A stretch of 58,491 nt of DNA from Burkholderiales bacterium (GTDB lineage: Bacteria; Pseudomonadota; Gammaproteobacteria; Burkholderiales; SG8-41): NCBI GenBank assembly GCA_038106575.1, contig JAYOED010000008.1:1-58491 (forward strand), given 5' to 3'. Shown here in pieces: positions 30,213-38,336 of the stretch. How positions within the stretch are numbered: the first letter of the stretch is position 1; the number at the start of each line of letters is the position of its first letter. The position numbers and the translations under genes were made by a program. The notes under the pieces are model-generated. The model was not told the DNA's origin. It did no database searches and worked only from the letters and a program-made list of their open reading frames with translations.

Positions 30213-32414
30213 ATGACGACCAAGCAATCAATGAATATTGAAAATGAATCCCGCCGCCGCTTCATCGTCGGTTCGGCTGCCGCAGGCGGCGGACTGGCGC
30301 TCGGTATTGGCTTGCCTTTTGGTTCGGTCACGGCGGCGGAAGGCCCCGGCAGCACCGAGGTCAATGCCTGGGTCGTCGTCAAACCCGACGACACTTGCGT
30401 GATCCGCATCGCCCGCGCCGAAATGGGACAGGGCACTCATACCGGACTGGCCCAGCTGGTGGCCGAAGAACTGGAGTGCGATTGGAAAAAAGTTGCGATC
30501 GAACCGATCAGCCCGGGCAGCAATCTGGCGCGCAAGCGGGTTTGGGGTCCGATGTCGACCGGCGGCAGCCGCGGCATCCGCAGTTCCCAGGATTATGTCC
30601 GTCAGGGTGGTGCGGCGGCACGCATCATGCTGTTGCAGGCGGCAGCGGATCAGTGGAACGTCACTGCGGGTGAACTGACGGTGTCCAATGGGGTCATCAC
30701 TCATGCTGCCTCGGGACGCAAGACTACCTACGGCAAGGTGGCTGACGCGGCTGCCAGGCTGCCGGTGCCGAAATTCAAATCTATCAAGCTGAAGAATCCC
30801 CGTGACTGGAAGATTGCCGGTCAGCCGCTGAAGCGGCTCGACACCGCGGACAAGGTCAATGGGGGCAAGAAATACTCGATCGACCTCAAACTTCCCGGCA
30901 TGATGTTCGCCGCGATCAAAGCCTGCCCTGTTTTCGGCGGCAAGGTGGCGGGTTACGAAGAAGGGGCGATTGCGAGCCGCCGCGGCGTGAAGGGCGTGGT
31001 GAAGGTGGGCGACTCGGCGATCGCAGTCGTTGCCGATACCTGGTGGCGCGCCAAGACCGCTCTGGATGCGCTGCCAATCACCTGGGACGAGGGCGTCAAT
31101 GCCAAGGAGACGAGCGCGACCATCGCGGTACGGTTGAAAGAAGGCCTTGATGCTGATGGCGAGGCTTATGCGGATACCGATATCGGAGACGCTTCGGGCA
31201 CCATTTCCGGCGCTGTGAAAAAGGTTGAAGCTGTCTACAGTGTGCCGTTCGTTTCACATTCCTGCATGGAGCCGATGAACTGCACGGTCAAGGTCAGCGC
31301 CAACTCCGCGGAAGTCTGGATGCCGAGCCAGAACGCCGAGGCTTCGCTGGCCGTGCTGTCCTCGGTTTCCGGCGTTCCTCTGAACCAGTGCGAGGCTTAC
31401 AACCATGGACTTGGCGGCGGATTCGGCCGTCGTGGCGGCACGCAGGACTTCGTAAGACAGGCTACAGCAATCGCCAGACAATTTCCCGACACCCCGGTGA
31501 AGCTGATCTGGAGCCGGGAAGAAGACCAGTCACACGATTTCTACCGGCCGATCGCACAGTGCAGGCTGTCGGCAGGACTGGATGAAGACGGCAACCTGCA
31601 GGGACTGCATATCCGAGTGTCCGGCCAGTCGATCAACGCCTACCTGGCTCCGCACAACATCAAGGAAGGCAAGGATCGCCGGCAATTGCAGGGGTTGTGG
31701 AAGCAGCCGCATGACGCACAGTTCGGCTACACGGTGCCGCACCTGCGCATCGAATACGTGATGCGCAACACCCATGTTCCTGTCGGACCCTGGCGTGGCG
31801 TGAATACCAACCAGAACGGCATATTCAGCGAGTGTTTCATGGATGAGGTCGCCAAGGCTGCGGGCAAGGACCCGCTGGAATTCCGCCGCGAGCTGATGAA
31901 AGATCATCCTAAGCATCTCGGCGTGCTCAATGCCGCTGCCGAGAAGGGCGACTGGGGCAAACCCCTGCCTGCCGGAAGGTTTCGCGGCATTGCCCAGTTC
32001 ATGGGCTACGCCAGTTACACTGCGGCGGTGGCAGAAGTGTCGGTCAGCGCCAAAGGCGAGATCAAGGTGCATCGAATGGTGCTGGCGACCAATTGCGGTC
32101 ACGCAGTGAATCCCGCTACGATTGCGGCACAGATCGAAGGCTCGGTAGCCTACGGGTTTGATTCGCTGCTTACTGAAATCAGCATTAAGGATGGCCGGGT
32201 GCAGGAACAGAATTTCCATACCTACCAGATCGCTCGACTGCGGCATTTGCCCAAGGTCGAATCGGTCATTGTGCCGACCTATGATTTCTGGGGAGGAGTG
32301 GGTGAGCCGACGATCTGCGTGACGGTTCCCGCAGTGCTGAACGCGGTTTTCGCGGCCACTGGCAAGCCGGTGCGTACGTTGCCGCTGAAGCACGAAGGGT
32401 TGACGCTGGTCTGA
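30213..32414 (+). CDS. Molybdopterin-binding large subunit (IorB/CoxL-like), Tat-exported, copy 2
   Basis: 733 aa. SRRRFIVGSAAAGGGL signal. Collinear with copy 1 over its whole length. Confidence 0.9.
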   Translation: MTTKQSMNIENESRRRFIVGSAAAGGGLALGIGLPFGSVTAAEGPGSTEVNAWVVVKPDDTCVIRIARAEMGQGTHTGLAQLVAEELECDWKKVAIEPISPGSNLARKRVWGPMSTGGSRGIRSSQDYVRQGGAAARIMLLQAAADQWNVTAGELTVSNGVITHAASGRKTTYGKVADAAARLPVPKFKSIKLKNPRDWKIAGQPLKRLDTADKVNGGKKYSIDLKLPGMMFAAIKACPVFGGKVAGYEEGAIASRRGVKGVVKVGDSAIAVVADTWWRAKTALDALPITWDEGVNAKETSATIAVRLKEGLDADGEAYADTDIGDASGTISGAVKKVEAVYSVPFVSHSCMEPMNCTVKVSANSAEVWMPSQNAEASLAVLSSVSGVPLNQCEAYNHGLGGGFGRRGGTQDFVRQATAIARQFPDTPVKLIWSREEDQSHDFYRPIAQCRLSAGLDEDGNLQGLHIRVSGQSINAYLAPHNIKEGKDRRQLQGLWKQPHDAQFGYTVPHLRIEYVMRNTHVPVGPWRGVNTNQNGIFSECFMDEVAKAAGKDPLEFRRELMKDHPKHLGVLNAAAEKGDWGKPLPAGRFRGIAQFMGYASYTAAVAEVSVSAKGEIKVHRMVLATNCGHAVNPATIAAQIEGSVAYGFDSLLTEISIKDGRVQEQNFHTYQIARLRHLPKVESVIVPTYDFWGGVGEPTICVTVPAVLNAVFAATGKPVRTLPLKHEGLTLV

Positions 32415-32869
32415 TGGAGATCCGCAGCTGCGTGCGCCTGTGCGCGTGGTGGATTGCGCTAGGCGCCGTGGCTGGCTGTGCAATTTCTGAAGTATCGCCC
32501 GTTGAAGTAACGGTCAGGGTCGGCGCCATTCCGGTGGCGCTATCCAAGGCGCCTGCCGACCCGGCGCGCGGCCTGAAAATCATGTCCGGGCGCGACGCAA
32601 ACTGCCTGCTGTGTCATGCAGTGCCGGAATCAGGGCTGCGCTTCATGGGCAATCTCGCGCCGCCGCTGTCGGGTATTGGCGGGCGACTGTCCGCCGCACA
32701 ACTGCGGTTGCGCGTGGTTGATATGTCGCGGCTGAATCCCGAAACCATCATGCCGCCGTATTATCGGGTCACCGGACTGCGCAACGTGGCTGACGCCTAT
32801 CGCGGAAGACCTGTTCTGACGGCGCAGGAAATCGAGGACGTGGTGGCCTATCTGCAGACGCTGAAATGA
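32414..32869 (+). CDS. soxX: Monohaem c-type cytochrome SoxX-like, with a lipobox signal
   Basis: Single CLLCH. GNLAPPLSGIG...IMPPYY matches the SoxX pattern. N-terminus ALGAVAGC is a lipobox. Sits in soxX-Y-Z-A order. Confidence 0.75.
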   Translation: MEIRSCVRLCAWWIALGAVAGCAISEVSPVEVTVRVGAIPVALSKAPADPARGLKIMSGRDANCLLCHAVPESGLRFMGNLAPPLSGIGGRLSAAQLRLRVVDMSRLNPETIMPPYYRVTGLRNVADAYRGRPVLTAQEIEDVVAYLQTLK

Positions 32870-33318
32870 TTTCCCGCAGAACATTCCTGCAGTGGATGGC
32901 CGGACTGTGTGCGCTGGACGCCGGTTCGGCGCGCGCGCAGGCCGTTGCATCAAACGATCTGCGGCCGCTAATCGCTGAGCTTACCAGTGGTGCCGCGGTA
33001 ACCGTCGGACGTATCCGTGTGGAAACGCCGCGTCTGGCCGACAACGGGCATTCGGTGCCGATGAAGCTCGTGGTGGACAGCCCGATGACGGCGACGGACT
33101 ATGTGAGCAGCATCACGCTGCTGTCACCGCGCAACCCGCGGCCGCTGATGGCGAAATTCATGCTTGGGCCGCGCGCCGGCCGCGCAGAAATCCTGACCCG
33201 CGTGCGCCTCAACGGTACCCAGGCCGTGCTGGCAATCGCGCATTTGTCCGACGGCACGTTCTGGAGCGGCAGCGCCGAGGTCGAGGTGACCGAGTCGGCC
33301 TGTCTGGATGCCGTCTAA
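32866..33318 (+). CDS. SoxY-like sulfur-carrier protein with a non-canonical C-terminal arm, copy 2
   Basis: Tat signal SRRTFLQWMAGL. Core TPRLADNGHSVPMKL...LAIAHLSDGTFW. Ends VEVTESACLDAV. ATGA overlap with soxX. Confidence 0.8.
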   Translation: MISRRTFLQWMAGLCALDAGSARAQAVASNDLRPLIAELTSGAAVTVGRIRVETPRLADNGHSVPMKLVVDSPMTATDYVSSITLLSPRNPRPLMAKFMLGPRAGRAEILTRVRLNGTQAVLAIAHLSDGTFWSGSAEVEVTESACLDAV

Positions 33319-33638
33319 TGGTGGCGCGTGTGCAGGTTCCGGCGAATGCAAGGCGCGGCGACGTCATTGCCGTGCGCATCGCAATCCAGCATCCGATGGA
33401 AACCGGTTTTCGCTATGACTTGCGCGGCAAACTGTTGCCGAAAAATGTGATCAACAGCCTGGTGTGCCGTTACAACGGCACTGAAATTTTCCGTGCGGAA
33501 ATGGGCTCGGGCATTGCCGCCAATCCCTCCCTGCAGTTTTACACGGTGGCTGCGGACAGCGGCGAATTGCATTTCGAGTGGGTGGACGACCGGGGCGTGC
33601 GCGGCGAGGAACGGGCGCGACTGGTCGTCAGCGGTTGA
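33318..33638 (+). CDS. soxZ: SoxZ-family protein, copy 2
   Basis: IAVRIAIQHPMETGFRYDLRGKLLPKNVI...ANPSLQFY...FEWVDDRGV. TAATG overlap with the upstream gene. Confidence 0.85.
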   Translation: MVARVQVPANARRGDVIAVRIAIQHPMETGFRYDLRGKLLPKNVINSLVCRYNGTEIFRAEMGSGIAANPSLQFYTVAADSGELHFEWVDDRGVRGEERARLVVSG

Positions 33639-33640
33639 AC

Positions 33641-34423
33641 ATGTCCTGCGTCCGCAAGCGCTGGTGTTGGGGCCTGCTGCTGGCGGGCTGCATGGTCGCG
33701 GCCATGGGCGCCGATAACGGACCGCGTCAGCGTTCGGGCGTCGACTACGCCAGCGAATATATTCGTACCATGCAGGCTGATGATTTTTCCAATCCCGGTA
33801 TGCTGTGGGTCACGCGCGGAGAGAAACTGTGGAATGCCAGTGATGGACGCACCGGAAAATCTTGCGCCGGCTGCCATCAGGATGCGCGATCAAGCATGAA
33901 GGGCGTGGCGACCCGCTATCCATTGCAGGACAGAGATTCGGGAAAACTGCTTAATCTCGAAGCGCGCATCAACCAGTGCCGTCAGGTTCGCCAGGGCGCG
34001 GAGCCGTATCGCTACGAGTCCGACGAACTTCTGGGGTTGACCGCTTACGTAGCGCATCAGTCGCGGGGGCTACCGCTGGCGGTCAGGATTGATGACAGCA
34101 ACCGCGAGCATTACCTCCGCGGTAGGGCCACCTATAACCGCAGGCAGGGCCAGATGAATCTCGCCTGTGTCAATTGCCATGAGCAGAATGCCGGACGCCG
34201 GCTGCTGGCGGAAACGATCAGTGAGGGTCATGGCAACGCATACCCAATCTACCGATTAGAGTGGCAGTCTACTGGATCGTTACACCGGCGCTTGCGTTCC
34301 TGCTATTTTGGCATTCGCGCGCAGTTGCCCGCGTACGGCTCCGACGAACTTCTGGAGCTGGAGCTGTTTCTGGCGCAGCGGGCACGCGGGCTTGCGGTCG
34401 AGACACCGGGCGTCCGCCGCTAG
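33641..34423 (+). CDS. soxA: Dihaem c-type cytochrome SoxA-like
   Basis: CAGCH and CVNCH, plus the conserved Cys-ligand context LHRRLRSCYFGIRA. N-terminus GLLLAGC may be a lipobox. Confidence 0.8.
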   Translation: MSCVRKRWCWGLLLAGCMVAAMGADNGPRQRSGVDYASEYIRTMQADDFSNPGMLWVTRGEKLWNASDGRTGKSCAGCHQDARSSMKGVATRYPLQDRDSGKLLNLEARINQCRQVRQGAEPYRYESDELLGLTAYVAHQSRGLPLAVRIDDSNREHYLRGRATYNRRQGQMNLACVNCHEQNAGRRLLAETISEGHGNAYPIYRLEWQSTGSLHRRLRSCYFGIRAQLPAYGSDELLELELFLAQRARGLAVETPGVRR

Positions 34424-34447
34424 TTCGGGCGGCTTTATTGGTCAGAG

Positions 34448-35425
34448 TTAGATCTGGGTGCCCAGTTCGATGACCCGGTTGTTCGGCAGGTTGAAATAAT
34501 CGACGAGCCTGCTGGCATTGCGCACCATCGCCGCGAATATGCGTTCCCGCAACAGCGCCATGTCTCCGCCGCTGAACGGAATCAGTATCTCACGGCTGAG
34601 GAAGAACGAGGTTTCCATGAATTCGAACACCAGTCCGTGCGGGCAGTAAAGATCCAGCGCCTGAGGCACATCGGGCTGGTTCTCGAATCTGAAGCGCGCC
34701 CGAATTTACTAGCAGCCATTGCCCAGCGACTTCACGGATATGCGCTCGCTGCACGAAACCCAGGGCACACCCTCGATGGTTACAGTCAGGAAGATCACAC
34801 GTTCTTACAGAAACTTATTGCGCGATAGGTTGTGCAGTAGGGTATGGGGCAAGGTATCTGGGGCCTCCATGAATACCGCTGTACCGGGGACGCAAGGCAG
34901 CGGAAATTCAGACACTGAACCAAGCGAGGTTTGCAGCGGAATGGCGGACGAATGCATGCGGTCGATGACAATCTGCCGTCCCCGCGCCTAGGTCAGCATG
35001 ATAACGAACATCGTGGTAACCAGCACCAGCGGCGGCCAGCCGCCCTGTGCCACCTTGAGTAGACTTGATGAGAAAAACGCAATATCGATCAGGATGAAAA
35101 ACCCAGCAGCGCCATGCGAAAATTTAGGTTGGGCGGGTTAATCCACCAGAGATGCGCGCCAAACCAGATGGCCAGGTTGCTACATGCCAGTAGGCTCTCA
35201 AACTGGGCGGACCTACCTGAATTGATTACACGTCGGGTCGAGCCGATCCATGCGGCAATCAGCAACGTAATTAAGGCAATGGCGACGACATGTGTAGGGA
35301 GAAAGCGTGAAAAGACTCTATGAATAACGAGCCTGCCATTCCTGCAGATGGCGATCCGTTAGCCTCCGTTCGGAAATACCAGGGACATACAGCCTGCCGG
35401 GACGTGCCTGATGAAACTAACGCAA
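34448..35425 (-). pseudogene. kup: Decayed, 5'-truncated KUP/HAK-family potassium transporter gene
   Basis: My minus-strand translation gives ...AAGFFILIDIAFFSSSLLKVAQGGWPPLVLVTTMFVIMLT*ARGRQ...[43 protein letters not shown]...LGNGC**IRARFRFENQPDVPQALDLY...METSFFLSREILIP...LPNNRVIELGTQI. In-frame stops lie at 34988-90, 34805-07, 34709-11 and 34706-08. The frame changes near 35110-35140. Homology starts only around 35425. Confidence 0.85.
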
Positions 35426-36472
35426 ACTGGCATTGATTTTTTCCAGTGTCGCCGAGCCGGGGCACAGGTCGCCGGTACCGAGCTGGTTAAGCGGGGTGTC
35501 GACGGTCTTGATGTAGTGATGCAGGTCGGCGGCGTCCGGCGACAGATAGAGTAGGCCGGTCACAATTTCGCCTGCTGCGGCGCGCTCCTGCACGTAGTTC
35601 ATGGCCTTGATACGGTCGGTGGGATCGTAGTCCGGCGACAGCTTGCGTAACCTAAGCATCGAGCCATCGTGCTGGGCGACGCTGATGACCTCGCCAGGCT
35701 CGTAATCAGCGGTAATTTCTTCCCTGGATTCGATGAAGTCAAGCCGGTTGACCGCGGCGTTATGCAGGCGCACGTATTCGTAGGACTTGGTCGAACCTTC
35801 GTGATTGTTGAAGGCGACGCAGGGTGAAATGATGTCGATGAACGAGGGTCCCGGATGCTGGATCGCGGCCTTGATCAGCGGTACCAGCTGCTTTTTGTCT
35901 CCGGAGAAGGCACGCGCGACAAAAGTAGCGCGCAGCAGCAGGGCCATGCCGACCAAGTCTACGGCCTCGTCGGGATTGAAAACGCCGCGCTTGGATTTCG
36001 AACCCTTGGTTGCCGTAGCAGAGAACTGACCCTTTGTCAGTCCGTAAACGCCATTGTTTTCGACGATGTAGACCATGTTGACGCCGCGGCGAATGCAGTG
36101 CGCAAACTGGCCAAGACCAATCGAGGCCGAGTCGCCGTCTCCGGAAACGCCCAGATAGAGCAGGTCGCGATTGGCGAGATTGGCGCCGGTCAGCACCGAG
36201 GGCATGCGGCCATGGACGCTGTTGAAACCGTGCGAATTGCCGAGGAAGTAATCCGGGGTCTTTGACGAGCAGCCGATGCCGGACAGCTTGGCGACGCGGT
36301 GGGGCTGGATATCCAGTTCCCAGCAAGCCTGGATGATGGAGGCCGAGATCGAATCGTGGCCGCATCCGGCGCACAGCGTGGAAATCTTGCCCTCGTAATC
36401 GCGGCGGGTATAGCCCGCGGCATTGGGGGCAAGTGACGGATGGTGCAGTTTGGGTTTAGCAAGATAGGTCAT
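35417..36472 (-). CDS. korB: 2-oxoacid:ferredoxin oxidoreductase beta subunit (TPP-binding)
   Basis: 351 aa. CAGCGHDSI and GVSGDGDSASIG motifs. Confidence 0.88.
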   Translation of the reverse strand: MTYLAKPKLHHPSLAPNAAGYTRRDYEGKISTLCAGCGHDSISASIIQACWELDIQPHRVAKLSGIGCSSKTPDYFLGNSHGFNSVHGRMPSVLTGANLANRDLLYLGVSGDGDSASIGLGQFAHCIRRGVNMVYIVENNGVYGLTKGQFSATATKGSKSKRGVFNPDEAVDLVGMALLLRATFVARAFSGDKKQLVPLIKAAIQHPGPSFIDIISPCVAFNNHEGSTKSYEYVRLHNAAVNRLDFIESREEITADYEPGEVISVAQHDGSMLRLRKLSPDYDPTDRIKAMNYVQERAAAGEIVTGLLYLSPDAADLHHYIKTVDTPLNQLGTGDLCPGSATLEKINASLR

Positions 36473-36484
36473 GATGACTTCAGG

Positions 36485-38320
36485 TCAGGACGCTTTTTTT
36501 AGCGGCACCACGCGGTGCGCGCCGGCATGCTGGGAAATGTGATCGACGATGAAACGAGCGGTGATCGGCGTGCCGTCGTAGTGCAGCACTGAAATGAGGC
36601 GCGAAGGATTGATCTTGCCGTCGTTGACCAGCAGGGTTTTCAGCTGGGCGTCACGGTTCTGCTCGATGACGAATACCCAGGGATGTGAACGCACGAAATC
36701 GTTGAGTTCGTCGCCAAATGGAAAACCGCGAACGCGAAGCGCGTTGACGTGTATGCCTTTTTCACCAAGCAGGTCGAGGGCCTCTTCCATTGCCGGGCTG
36801 GTCGAGCCGTAGAATATCGCGCCGAACCGTGCCGGTTTGTCCGCCGGATACAGCAGGGGTTTCGGCACTAGTGACTTCGCGGTTTCGAACTTGCGCATCA
36901 GCCGCTGCATATTGTCGACGTAGTCCGGGCCAGCTTCAGAATATTGCGCGTAGCGGTTCTTGGTGGTTCCGCGGGTGAAATAGCCGCCCTTGGTGGGGTG
37001 AGTACCGGGATAAGTGCGGAACGGGATGCCGTCGCCGTCGACATCGAGGTAGCGGCCGAAATCGGCGCCGGCCTCGAGCCGTTCGTAGGTCATCACCTTG
37101 CCGCGGTCGTATTTCTTCGTATCGTCCCAGGCAAAGGGTCGGCAGAGCCGCGTGTTCATGCCGATATCAAGGTCGGTCATCACGAATACCGGCGTCTGCA
37201 GCCGTTCGGCCAGGTCAAACGCCTGCGCGGTCAGTTCGAAGCACTCGGTGGGGTCTTCGGGAAACAGCAGCACGTGCTTGGTATCGCCGTGCGAGGCATA
37301 GGCGCAGGCCAGGATATCGGACTGCTGGGTGCGTGTCGGCATGCCGGTTGAAGGTCCGCCGCGCTGCACGTCGATCAGTACCACCGGGATTTCGGCGAAA
37401 TAGGCGAGACCGATGAATTCGCTCATCAGGGAGATGCCTGGACCGGAGGTCGCGGTAAACGACCGGGCGCCGTTCCAGCCGGCACCGATAGCGATGCCGA
37501 TTGAGGCCAGTTCGTCTTCGCCCTGGATGATCGCGTACTTGTTCTTGCCTGAATCGGCGTCGATACGGTGTTTTTTGCAATGGGCCATGAAAGCTTCGGC
37601 CAGCGAGGACGACGGCGTGATCGGATACCAGGCGCAGACCGAGGCGCCGCCGTAAACTGCACCCAGGGCCGCCGCGCTGTTGCCGTCGGTAAAGATGCGG
37701 TCGCCGACGTTGTCTGATTTCTGAATGCGGATGCCTAGCGGGCAGGGAAGATTATCCAGCGCGTAATCACGTCCCAGATGCAGAGCCTTGAGATTGGACT
37801 GCAGTAGCGCTTCCTTGCCCTTGTACTGTTCGGAAAACAGTTTTTCGATGACTTTCGGGTCGATTTCCAGCAGTGCTGAAAGCGCGCCGACATAGATAAT
37901 GTTCTTGAACAGCTGTCGCTGGCGCGGATCGCTGTAGGTGGTATTGCAGATTTCGGTCAGCGGCATCCCGATCGGGGTCACGTCTTCGCGGAATTTCGAT
38001 TTCGGCAGCGGCTTGGTGTTGTCGTAGAACAGATAGCCACCGGACTCGATTTCCTTGAGGTCGTTGTCCCAGGTCTGCGGGTTCATTGCCACCATCAGAT
38101 CGACGCCGCCGCGGCGGCCAAGATATCCTTTTTCGGTGACCCGTACTTCGTACCAAGTCGGGAGACCCTGGATATTCGAAGGGAAGATGTTGCGTGGGCT
38201 GACCGGGACACCCATGCGCAGGATGGAGCGCGCGAACAGTTCGTTGGCTGAGGCGGATCCAGAGCCGTTGACGTTGGCAAACTTGACGACAAAATCGTTA
38301 ACAGCGGTAATCGAAGTCAT
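36485..38320 (-). CDS. korA: 2-oxoacid:ferredoxin oxidoreductase alpha subunit (fused gamma/alpha)
   Basis: 611 aa. N-terminus VKFANVNGSGSASANELFARSILRMGVPVSPRNIFPSNIQGLPTWYEVRV. Sits upstream of korB. Confidence 0.88.
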   Translation of the reverse strand: MTSITAVNDFVVKFANVNGSGSASANELFARSILRMGVPVSPRNIFPSNIQGLPTWYEVRVTEKGYLGRRGGVDLMVAMNPQTWDNDLKEIESGGYLFYDNTKPLPKSKFREDVTPIGMPLTEICNTTYSDPRQRQLFKNIIYVGALSALLEIDPKVIEKLFSEQYKGKEALLQSNLKALHLGRDYALDNLPCPLGIRIQKSDNVGDRIFTDGNSAAALGAVYGGASVCAWYPITPSSSLAEAFMAHCKKHRIDADSGKNKYAIIQGEDELASIGIAIGAGWNGARSFTATSGPGISLMSEFIGLAYFAEIPVVLIDVQRGGPSTGMPTRTQQSDILACAYASHGDTKHVLLFPEDPTECFELTAQAFDLAERLQTPVFVMTDLDIGMNTRLCRPFAWDDTKKYDRGKVMTYERLEAGADFGRYLDVDGDGIPFRTYPGTHPTKGGYFTRGTTKNRYAQYSEAGPDYVDNMQRLMRKFETAKSLVPKPLLYPADKPARFGAIFYGSTSPAMEEALDLLGEKGIHVNALRVRGFPFGDELNDFVRSHPWVFVIEQNRDAQLKTLLVNDGKINPSRLISVLHYDGTPITARFIVDHISQHAGAHRVVPLKKAS

Positions 38321-38336
38321 TGCGAAGGCTGTGTGA

